Shown piece by piece: positions 19,340 to 27,995 of a DNA stretch of 32,000 nt. Within the stretch, counting starts at the first letter, position 1. Every line of letters starts with the position of its first letter. This DNA comes from Trichodesmium erythraeum IMS101. Its GTDB lineage: Bacteria > Cyanobacteriota > Cyanobacteriia > Cyanobacteriales > Microcoleaceae. The translations under genes and the position numbers were made by a program. Where the stretch lies: assembly GCF_000014265.1 (NCBI RefSeq), contig NC_008312.1, forward strand, positions 4,920,001 to 4,952,000. The letters run 5' to 3'. The notes under the pieces are model-generated. The model was given only the letters and a program-made list of their open reading frames with translations. It was not told the origin of the DNA and did not search any database.

Positions 19340-19712
19340 AATTGCGGTTTTTAAATTACTGAATTTAGTTGATAAATGAAGTATCTAAGGTTACCTTGCT
19401 TGATTTATAAATAATCTATTGTTAAAAATGATGCTTGATTAGGTTATGAACCAGATGTAATTGTTGTCAGCCGAAATTACTTTTAAAATTAACTAGGATG
19501 GGAAAAAAATATACTTTTTTTTAAATTACTGAATGTGGTTAATAAAATGCCTTAACTTATTAGTTAATCAATCAACAATCTAAGATTATTTTGCTTTATC
19601 TACTAAATAATCTATTATTAAAAATGATAGTTGATTAGGCTATAAAGCAGATGTAATTGTTGTCAGTCGAAATTACTTTGAAAATGAACCAGGTGGGGAA
19701 AAATAATATACT
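19340..19712. repeat. Intergenic tandem direct repeat, about 197 bp x 2
   Basis: taaataatctatt(g/a)ttaaaaatgat(g/a)(c/g)ttgattagg...cagatgtaattgttgtcag(c/t)cgaaattactt...ggg(a/g)aaaaa...atatac occurs at about 19408-19515 and 19604-19712. Upstream parts (ttaaattactgaat, ggttaataaaatgccttaactta) are also shared but rearranged. Confidence 0.7.
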
Positions 19713-20562
19713 TTAATAAATGGTTAGTCAATTAAGTTAGTAATTGAAATTATAAGTAGTAATTGGAGGAATAATTATGCCTTTAAATTAGATGCTTATC
19801 AAACTATAGGTATTGAATAATATTGGATTTGTAGATAATTTTGGATTAGATATAAGAGAATTTATCGGTTATGCCAAAACCCTAATTTTTAAAGTTAATA
19901 TCTTGAAAATAGAAATTATAAATCTAATCAATTTCAGGAAAACTACTTATTTAATCTTTTAATTTTCCTAAATCATAATTGATTACAGCACAATTTTTAT
20001 ATAATAAAAACACTAATTTATAATAAAAATTGTCTTTAAATTTTCATGCTTTTATGGCAGTTATAATTCAGTATTCAGGAGACTATAGTTAGACAAAAAT
20101 TAGCCTATAAAAAAAATTACAATTTCATGGAATTGAGAAAATCAAGTTACTAAAAAAAAAGATTTTTAGCCGAGATTGTCTCAAACATAACTGTTAGAAG
20201 CTATTGGTCATAAAAAATAAAATTTACACTAGACTTAAGGAGACAAATACCAATTAATAAAACTGACCAAAAAATTAAATATAAAATTTGTATTTCTTGG
20301 CGCTTTAGCTACTCTATAAAGTAGAGATTATTTGGTGAAAAAAATAAAGTACAGCAGGAATTGACAATACCATTTATCAACAACTTTCTATCCTGAGATA
20401 TGAAGTAGGGGAAGGACATACAAAGGTAAGTTATTAATAATTGATACTATAAGGCCTGAGTATGGGAGGTCTGGGAGAAAAATCTATTTTTATTAATGCC
20501 GCTTGTGTATCTTCGAGCTCCTGTACTCCCCAGGCTCCCTTTACTTTTCCTTACTCCTATAA

Positions 20563-21042
20563 CTAATTATCACGATCGCGCATCTGCTTCAACAACTCCA
20601 CTACATCTTTATGACCTTCTGAACCTACCCAGAGGAAAGGTGTCCATTTGTTGTGATTTTTTGCCCTAATATTTGCTTCCCTTTCTAGTAAAGTTTGCAC
20701 TATACCAACATGACCACTACTAGCAGCAGTCATCAAAGCAGTCATACCAAAATTAGTAGCAGCATTAATATCAGCACCGACATCTAACAATAGTTGCAAA
20801 ATTTCCTGGTTGTCACCAGCAGCAGCACCCATAAAAGGAACCCAACCATCAATGTCATTGCCATTGACATCTGAACCAGTAACTAATAATTTTTTCACGA
20901 TCTCTACATGGCCAGTTTCAGCAGCAACAATTCAAGCAGTTGAACCCTCTGAGTCTTGAGCGTTGACATCCACACCCCCACTTAGCAAAGTTTCAACTTG
21001 AGCAACATCTCCAACTTTAATGGCATCTATTAATTCTGTCAC
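20563..21042 (-). pseudogene. Ankyrin-repeat protein with an in-frame TGA at codon 37
   Basis: GTG at 21042 is preceded by AGGAG (complement of 21051-55). The translation MTELIDAIKVGDVAQVETLLSGGVDVNAQDSEGSTA-TGA-IVAAETGHVEIVKKLLVTGSDVN... runs in the same frame into the 111-aa track ORF. The stop (20932-20934) replaces the conserved Leu of the ankyrin G-x-T-A-L motif. Confidence 0.8.
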
Positions 21043-21200
21043 TTAATTTTCTCCTATAATTTAGTTAGTATATTAGTTCATAATACCGTTTTACTAAAAG
21101 TTAGCTCCTCCTTATTCCTTTAAGGGGAAAGTCAAAAGTTGCAATAACATTTTAGGTGGTGGTGCAAAGTGAATTAGTATAAATTAAAAAAGTTTACCTC

Positions 21201-22649
21201 ATGCCTTCCATCATGGAAAAAGTTGATATTGTCATCCTCTCAAATGGTCCGGGAGAATTAGTTACCTGGGTAAGACCTGTTGTACAAGAGTTGCGACAAC
21301 AGGCGAATATTGATATGAGAATTTCTCTTGTTCTCTCCCCTTGTCCTCATGCTACGGGAAAAGAAGTAGCGATCGCTCGTTCTTATCCAGAAGTAGACCG
21401 GGTACAACCACCTGAATTTTTTTGGCGGTTTTTGCTCTGGGGTAAGACGGCAGAAAATTGGCATTGGTATCCTCAAGGAGTAGTTTTATTTCTGGGAGGT
21501 GACCAGTTTTTTACTGTTGTGGTGGGAAAACGTTTGGGTTATCGCACTGTTATCTATGCTGAGTGGGATGCTAGATGGTGGCGTTGGGTAGATAAATTTG
21601 GCGGGATGAAACCAGAAGTTTTTGCTCAGGTTCCTCCCAAATATGCTGATAAATTTACTGTTGTGGGAGATTTGATGAATGAGGTCAGAAGTAGCAATAA
21701 ACTCAGAGCTCAGGACTCAGAATTCAGGACTCAGAATTCAGAATTAGTAATAAATTCAGAACTCAGAACCCAGAACTCAGAATTCAGAATTAGTAATGAA
21801 CTTGCATCTGAAAACTTAGAAGTGAGAAGTAATTTTTCTAACCCTTCAAAAGGGGAGAGTAGTGTGGAGTTAATTGGGTTATTGCCTGGGTCGAAACCTA
21901 CTAAGTTGTCTTTAGGTGTACCTTTAACTTTAGCGATCGCTCAACATCTCCATAAAATTCGTCCGCAAACTAAATTTATAATTCCGGTAGCTCCCACCCT
22001 TGACTTAAATACTTTAGCTAATTTTGCTGACCCGGAAAAAAATCCAGCAATTGAAAAAATGGGGGGTGTGGGAGCAAAATTATTAACGCCTTCTTTGAAT
22101 AGGAAGAAAACAGATAGTAGAAAACAGGGAGCATATTTTGAAATTCAAAATTCTCATCTGGTGACAACTGGAGGTTTAAAAATAGAATTAATCACCCGGA
22201 ACCCTGCTTATGACCTACTTTCTAAATGTCGTCTTTGTCTGACTACTGTCGGTGCGAATACTGCTGAGTTAGGTTCCCTGGCAATACCGATGATAGTTTT
22301 GTTACCCACTCAAGAATTAGATGTTATGAGAGCGTGGGATGGTTTACCTGGGTTACTTGCAAATTTGCCAGTGGTTGGCGCTGCTTTTGCTACCGGAATT
22401 AATTGGTTAGTGCTCCGTAAGGGACAACTGTTTGCTTGGCCAAATATTTGGGCAAAACAGGAAATTGTGCCTGAGTTAGTAGGGAAATTAAAACCCGAAG
22501 TTGTGGCAGAGTTGGTTTTAGAGTTTCTGACTCATCCAGAGAAGTTGGCAGAAATGCGCGATCGCCTCTGTAATGTGAGGGGTAAACCAGGGGCAGCACA
22601 AAAGTTAGCAGAAATTGTATTATCGTTGAGCTATGGTAGTCAAATATAA
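21201..22649 (+). CDS. Lipid-A-disaccharide synthase-related protein (cyanobacterial LpxB-like family) carrying a low-complexity insert
   Basis: The N-terminal VILSNGPGELVTWVRPV and C-terminal TTVGANTAELGSLAIPMIV...WPNIWAKQEIVPEL are characteristic of the LpxB-related family. An insert of about 60 aa (RSSNKLRAQDSEFRTQNSELVINSELRTQNSEFRISNE...) interrupts it. Confidence 0.8.
   Translation: MPSIMEKVDIVILSNGPGELVTWVRPVVQELRQQANIDMRISLVLSPCPHATGKEVAIARSYPEVDRVQPPEFFWRFLLWGKTAENWHWYPQGVVLFLGGDQFFTVVVGKRLGYRTVIYAEWDARWWRWVDKFGGMKPEVFAQVPPKYADKFTVVGDLMNEVRSSNKLRAQDSEFRTQNSELVINSELRTQNSEFRISNELASENLEVRSNFSNPSKGESSVELIGLLPGSKPTKLSLGVPLTLAIAQHLHKIRPQTKFIIPVAPTLDLNTLANFADPEKNPAIEKMGGVGAKLLTPSLNRKKTDSRKQGAYFEIQNSHLVTTGGLKIELITRNPAYDLLSKCRLCLTTVGANTAELGSLAIPMIVLLPTQELDVMRAWDGLPGLLANLPVVGAAFATGINWLVLRKGQLFAWPNIWAKQEIVPELVGKLKPEVVAELVLEFLTHPEKLAEMRDRLCNVRGKPGAAQKLAEIVLSLSYGSQI
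21701..21798 (+). repeat. Heptanucleotide tandem repeat (YTCAGRA/CAGAAYY, about 13 units) inside the LpxB-like CDS
   Basis: Split by sevens: actcaga gctcagg actcaga attcagg actcaga attcaga attagta ataaatt cagaact cagaacc cagaact cagaatt cagaatt agtaatg. Confidence 0.85.
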
Positions 22650-22686
22650 TAAGATGCGACATTGGTGATCACAAATTACTATTTGC

Positions 22687-22971
22687 CTACCCTAATACAG
22701 TTGCCTGAAAGTCTTGATCCCAGTAGTCATTCAAAACACCAGACTCAAAAATTCCGAAATTTTCTAATTCGTTAGCACTGCCAAATATGACTATGAAAGC
22801 GCGGTTGCGTACTATTGATGCCACCACTGCCGGATAGTCAACCTCACGATATTCGTCATTATTCAAGTACTCCGCTATGATAGTGACTGCGCCAGAGAGC
22901 TTGGTATCTGGGCTTGTGGAGAAACCACGAAGGCTACCCCGAATACCGTGCTTTCGGGTGAAGTAACGACT
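22687..22971 (-). pseudogene. Start-less C-terminal gene fragment in a locally GC-richer island
   Basis: 94 codons are open between TGA (22972-74) and TAG (22687-89): SRYFTRKHGIRGSLRGFSTSPDTKLSGAVTIIAEYLNNDEYREVDYPAVVASIVRNRAFIVIFGSANELENFGIFESGVLNDYWDQDFQATVLG*. There is no plausible start, and the family was not recognised. Confidence 0.3.
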
Positions 22972-23128
22972 TCATGGATTAGCTAGCCTGATCAACTAGC
23001 TGAATGTGTAGCCTGGTTGAAGCCCTAAGCCTGCCCTGCTCAAAGGTAACAAACCTTCTAATTTCGCTGGATGACTGTAAATTTAATTAAATATACAACA
23101 TATTCATAAAACTGATATAAAACATTAT

Positions 23129-23220
23129 CAGGACTTACGGACGGGCATTTCCTGAGGGTGAGGGCGAATACCAGAAGGCCCCTATATAGGTGGGAACTAG
23201 ATAAATTTGCGTAAGTTCTG
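23129..23220. repeat. 92-bp GC-rich segment bounded by 11-bp inverted repeats (MITE-like element or structured leader)
   Basis: CAGGACTTACG (23129-39) versus the reverse complement of CGTAAGTTCTG (23210-20) matches at 10/11 positions. It lies about 190 bp upstream of the GDSL lipase start. Confidence 0.25.
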
Positions 23221-23407
23221 GTCATGAACTATAACATTTTTCAAATTTATTCGATAAGGCTCGACGGGAAATTTTTTTCCTAATTATTCAGAAGGAAAAT
23301 GTAACCAGAATTGACTTAATAAGTATATTAACTTTTTGGAATTAGACACTAGCATATAGTATAATGATATATATAAATCTATATGTAAAGATAAAAATAA
23401 GTGATCA

Positions 23408-24664
23408 ATGGCATTAACAATAGACAAATTATTCGACGAACAATTCTATCTCGAAACTCACCCAGGAGTAGCTGAAGCAGTTGCCAATAATATTATCAGT
23501 GATGGTTTTTTCCACTTTACTAGATTCGGTCAATTTGAAGATCGTGACCCCAGTAGGATTTTTAATACTAACTTTTATCTCACTACTAATCCCGGAGTTG
23601 CAACTGCTGTAGAACAAAATATTCTCACCCCTACAGAACACTTTATCAACTTTGGTCAGTTTGAACAACGAGATCCTAGTGCTTTGCTGAACACCAGTTT
23701 TTATCTGGAGCGTTATCCAGATTTAGCTGAAGTAGTTGTAAATACCCCACTCACAGCCACAGAACACTTTCTCAATTTTGGTCAATTTGAAGGTCGGTTG
23801 CCACGCCTGTTATTTAGCGATATTTATGTATTTGGTGATAGTTTATCTGATACAGGGAATCTTTTGGCTGCTGCTGAGAATTTTTTGGGTGCTACCGATG
23901 AGTTTGTGTTGGAATTTTTTGCTCCCTATTTTGAGGGGCGTTTAAGTAACGGTCCCGTATGGGTAGAAACTCTCGCACCTCAGTTAGAATTAACATCTGA
24001 TCCTAACCTCAATTTTGCAGTCAGTGGAGCTACCACAGGAATTAGCAATAATGGCAACAACAGGTTACCAGAGGGTACACCTCCTATTTTTATAGGTTTA
24101 CAAACGCAAATTGATGACTTTATTGCAGACACTCCTACCACTGATCCAGATGCTTTATATGTAGTATGGGCAGGAGCTAATGATTATTTAGGCGCTGGAA
24201 ATTTGGATGCCCAGTCAACTGTAGATAATTTGTTAGATGCAGTAAATAGCCTTGCCGATACTGGAGCCAAAAATTTTGTTTTACCAAATCTACCAAACCT
24301 AGGAGTGATTCCAGTTGGACAGGCTCTTCCTCCTGAACGACAACAGGGATTAACTTTATTAACTGAAAGTCATAATAATACCCTAGCAACAGCTTCCCAA
24401 ATATTAGAACAAAACCCAAATATTAATATTGTTAATCTTGATATTAAAACTTTATTTGATAATATAATTGCTAATCCTGATGATTTTACTTTGACAAATG
24501 TTACAGATAATTTCTTGACTTCTGGTTTGGATGACCCTAGTGGCTTTTTATTCTTTGATGATATACATCCTACTACTAATGTTCATAGTTTTATAGCAGA
24601 GAATACGATGAAATCAATTACACAAATTCCAGAACTGCTCAGTATTGTAGAAACTTCTCTGTGA
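23408..24664 (+). CDS. SGNH/GDSL-family lipase/esterase with three N-terminal ~42-aa repeats
   Basis: Block I IYVFGDSLSDTGN, block V FFDDIHPT, and an internal WAGANDY. The N-terminus has three repeats of FYL...PGVA.AV.......T.HF..FGQFE.RDPS. Confidence 0.85.
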   Translation: MALTIDKLFDEQFYLETHPGVAEAVANNIISDGFFHFTRFGQFEDRDPSRIFNTNFYLTTNPGVATAVEQNILTPTEHFINFGQFEQRDPSALLNTSFYLERYPDLAEVVVNTPLTATEHFLNFGQFEGRLPRLLFSDIYVFGDSLSDTGNLLAAAENFLGATDEFVLEFFAPYFEGRLSNGPVWVETLAPQLELTSDPNLNFAVSGATTGISNNGNNRLPEGTPPIFIGLQTQIDDFIADTPTTDPDALYVVWAGANDYLGAGNLDAQSTVDNLLDAVNSLADTGAKNFVLPNLPNLGVIPVGQALPPERQQGLTLLTESHNNTLATASQILEQNPNINIVNLDIKTLFDNIIANPDDFTLTNVTDNFLTSGLDDPSGFLFFDDIHPTTNVHSFIAENTMKSITQIPELLSIVETSL

Positions 24665-25575
24665 GGAAAACAGAAATTACGCGGAAAAACCCGAAAACCA
24701 GGTTTTTTTAGATGTCTATTAGGCATCTAAATAAGTTTCTTATAAAGTGAAAAAATTACCGGGATTATAGGGATTAATAATAGTTAAAAATTAAGTTCTT
24801 TTTTCTCTATCAAAAATAATAGTATTTAGACAACTAATTAAGATATTTTGACTATCTTTGTAACTAATTTATTTTGAATACAAAATCAATTTTATAGCTA
24901 ATAAACTTGATTTATTCTGATAAAAAAAATTCTAAAATTTAAGTTTTTTATAACACAAATAGTAGAGCATATAGTTGAGTCTCAAATATTTAGAGATGAA
25001 ACATACTTGTTACCTATTTAGTAGTCTACTTATTTAGAGCGATCGCTCTATTCTAGATAAATTTACTCTAGTTATTGCATAGTAGTTTACCACTGCCCAT
25101 CACTCTATAAAATTACTCATATTTGACTAGAGAAAAGCTCCTATATATTCTGGAGCGATCGCTTCCAATATTTCCCTGAGAACTAGAGCAGCTATAGTTG
25201 ATGTCAAAGCCTTAAAATACTGAATTTTATTTTTTTCATCCCCCTTAAAAGGGAAGCTTAAAAACTTTTTTTTGTTTTTGGCATATACTTGCTTGGTGAG
25301 AATAATAAAGTTAATTCTAGGTAGTATAACTTTAACTTTAGATAGAAATTTTGAGATTTATCGAAAAAATATAAATAAAACTCTAGATTTGATTATTCCT
25401 GTTAATTTATAATGGAATTATTTCCATATCATAGACATACTAAAATGAAAAAAATCTCCATTATTCATCAATCAAAGCATTTCCTAATACTTATTTTATA
25501 GACACTTTTTCCGAGAATTATATAGAAAAATAGAGAAAAAAAAAGACTCTTTAACTATCAATTATTCATTATCAA

Positions 25576-26556
25576 TCATCCATTATTAGCTAGCCAGTTT
25601 TCTAAGTCTGCTATTATTGCTAAATCAAAAATTTCATCACCTAAAATATCTAACTTTTCCAAAGATAATTGCTCTATCTGAGTCTGAACTTCTGGAGGCA
25701 CTTCCCCAAACTTCCGGCGAATTTGACGTTTAACTAATATTCTCATTCCTTCCTCTCTTCCAATTCCAATGCCTTCCTCCCGTCCAATTCCAATACCTTC
25801 CTCTCTTCCAATTCCAATACCTTCCTCCCGCCCAATTTCTATTCCTTCCTTTCTGGCTAAACTAATTTGTCCTTTCTTATCTCTAATCAACTTTTCTTGT
25901 TGCTCTAATTCCTCTAATTCTTCATTACTTAAGTTAGCCATATTTGCTATATTTAATGCTGACTCTATTTCTGATACCTCTTCTAAAGAGGAAGGTATTA
26001 CTTCTAAATTTGGAGCCGAGCTAATAAAATATATCCACTTATCACTGAGGGTTTCTAATACTGACAATTCTTTCTTGAATTTGGGTAATTCTACAAACAT
26101 TAAAGTTAATTCATCTTGGTAATTAAACAACTCTGTCTCTTCTTTAAATCGGAATTTAGTAATCATTTTATCTGTGTTTTCAAATAAAACAAAATCGGCG
26201 ATTGTTAAAGCTACAAAAGGTGTCAACATCATATAACCTTGCCCTACCTCTAATTGATTTCCATAAGCTTTAGCTAGATTATAAATTACTCGTTTTTCAA
26301 AATCTTCTACGTTTAATACTTGCATTTCAATAATCACAGTAGAACCATTATCTAAAACTGCTTTTACATCTAAATAAGTCTCTTTAATAGTGTTCGTAAC
26401 TCCAGGATTATAAGGATTAATTATTTCTAGAGATTGAATAATATTCTGATTATTATAAACTATAGCATTAAGAAAGCTAATGAGAATATTTTGACTGTGA
26501 ATAGAACCAAATATTTTTTTAAAAGCAAAGTCGGTTTTAGGGCTAATAAATTTCAT
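25576..26556 (-). CDS. Rpn/YhgA-like PD-(D/E)XK nuclease-family protein with C-terminal DUF4351-like domain, copy 1 (short repeat tract)
   Basis: The N-terminal ISPKTDFAFKKIFG...YLDVKAV...VIIEMQV matches the PDDEXK_2/TIGR01784 (putative transposase/invertase) core. The C-terminal RQIRRKFGEVPPEVQTQIEQLSLEKLDILGDEIFD...LENWL matches the DUF4351 pattern. It has 4 EGI(G/E)IGRE units. Confidence 0.85.
   Translation of the reverse strand: MKFISPKTDFAFKKIFGSIHSQNILISFLNAIVYNNQNIIQSLEIINPYNPGVTNTIKETYLDVKAVLDNGSTVIIEMQVLNVEDFEKRVIYNLAKAYGNQLEVGQGYMMLTPFVALTIADFVLFENTDKMITKFRFKEETELFNYQDELTLMFVELPKFKKELSVLETLSDKWIYFISSAPNLEVIPSSLEEVSEIESALNIANMANLSNEELEELEQQEKLIRDKKGQISLARKEGIEIGREEGIGIGREEGIGIGREEGIGIGREEGMRILVKRQIRRKFGEVPPEVQTQIEQLSLEKLDILGDEIFDLAIIADLENWLANNG
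25747..25854 (-). repeat. Coding 24-bp VNTR, copy 1 (4 units plus a partial)
   Basis: tccaattccaat(g/a)ccttcc(tcccg/tctct) units run phase-exact from 25759, and the first unit in gene order is an EGIEIGRE variant. Confidence 0.95.
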
Positions 26557-26699
26557 AGTTATATATTATTTTGCTGAACTAGTATAATTTATTTTATACT
26601 ATTTCATCATAATTAAAAAGCGATCGACACTTTTTCCGAGAATTATATAGAAAAATAGAGAAAAAAAAGACTCTTTAACTATCAATTATTCATTATCAA

Positions 26700-27848
26700 T
26701 CATCCATTATTAGCTAGCCAGTTTTCTAAGTCTGCTATTATTGCTAAATCAAAAATTTCATCACCTAAAATATCTAACTTTTCCAAAGATAATTGCTCTA
26801 TCTGAGTCTGAACTTCTGGAGGCACTTCCCCAAACTTCCGGCGAATTTGACGTTTAACTAATATTCTCATTCCTTCCTCTCTTCCAATTCCAATGCCTTC
26901 CTCCCGTCCAATTCCAATACCTTCTTCTCTTCCAATTCCAATACCTTCTTCTCTTCCAATTCCAATACCTTCTTCTTTTCCAATTCCAATACCTTCTTCT
27001 CTTCCAATTCCAATACCTTCTTCTCTTCCAATTCCAATACCTTCTTCTTTTCCAATTCCAATACCTTCTTCTCTTCCAATTCCAATACCTTCTTCTCTTC
27101 CAATTCCAATACCTTCCTCCCGCCCAATTTCTATTCCTTCCTTTCTGGCTAAACTAATTTGTCCTTTCTTATCTCTAATCAACTTTTCTTGTTGCTCTAA
27201 TTCCTCTAATTCTTCATTACTTAAGTTAGCCATATTTGCTATATTTAATGCTGACTCTATTTCTGATACCTCTTCTAAAGAGGAAGGTATTACTTCTAAA
27301 TTTGGAGCCGAGCTAATAAAATATATCCACTTATCACTGAGGGTTTCTAATACTGACAATTCTTTCTTAAATTTGGGTAATTCTACAAACATTAAAGTTA
27401 ATTCATCTTGGTAATTAAACAACTCCGTCTCTTCTTTAAATCGGAATTTAGTAATCATTTTATCTGTGTTTTCAAATAAAACAAAATCAGCGATTTTTAA
27501 AGCTACAAAAGGTGTCAACATCATATAACCTTGCCCTACCTCTAATTGATTTCCATAAGCTTTAGCTAGATTATAAATTACTCGTTTTTCAAAATCTTCT
27601 ACGTTTAATACTTGCATTTCAATAATCACAGTAGAACCATTATCTAAAACTGCTTTTACATCTAAATAAGTCTCTTTGATAGTGTTCGTAACTCCAGGAT
27701 TATAAGGATTAATTATTTCTAGAGATTGAATAATATTCTGATTATTATAAACTATAGCATTAAGAAAGCTAATGAGAATATTTTGACTGTGAATAGAACC
27801 AAATATTTTTTTAAAAGCAAAGTCGGTTTTAGGGCTAATAAATTTCAT
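26700..27848 (-). CDS. Rpn/YhgA-like PD-(D/E)XK nuclease-family protein, copy 2 (long repeat tract, R/K variants)
   Basis: Same as copy 1 apart from 11 octapeptide units (two of them EGIGIGKE) and T118K. Confidence 0.85.
   Translation of the reverse strand: MKFISPKTDFAFKKIFGSIHSQNILISFLNAIVYNNQNIIQSLEIINPYNPGVTNTIKETYLDVKAVLDNGSTVIIEMQVLNVEDFEKRVIYNLAKAYGNQLEVGQGYMMLTPFVALKIADFVLFENTDKMITKFRFKEETELFNYQDELTLMFVELPKFKKELSVLETLSDKWIYFISSAPNLEVIPSSLEEVSEIESALNIANMANLSNEELEELEQQEKLIRDKKGQISLARKEGIEIGREEGIGIGREEGIGIGREEGIGIGKEEGIGIGREEGIGIGREEGIGIGKEEGIGIGREEGIGIGREEGIGIGREEGIGIGREEGMRILVKRQIRRKFGEVPPEVQTQIEQLSLEKLDILGDEIFDLAIIADLENWLANNG
26871..27146 (-). repeat. Coding 24-bp VNTR, copy 2 (11 units plus a partial)
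   Basis: 168 bp (7 units) longer than copy 1. The unit order on the + strand is A B B B' B B B' B B C', where B' ends in ttcttt and encodes K instead of R. Confidence 0.95.
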
Positions 27849-27995
27849 AGTTATATATTTATTATTTTGCTGAACTAGTATAATTTATTTTATACTATTT
27901 CATCATAATTAAAAAGCGATCGACACTTTTTCCGAGAATTATATAGAAAAATAGAGAAAAAAAAGACTCTTTAATTATCAATTATTCATTATCAA

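Noticed and set aside
22975-23100. A group II intron domain, RNase P RNA or tmRNA fragment in the GC-rich segment.
   Set aside because: I could not find the diagnostic conserved strings on either strand: the domain V consensus, GGAAAGTCC for RNase P, or a tRNA-like CCA end for tmRNA.
21258-24419. Short antisense ORFs at 21258-21476, 22399-22662, 23429-23668 and 24177-24419.
   Set aside because: They are embedded antisense in the LpxB-like or GDSL genes and have no independent evidence.
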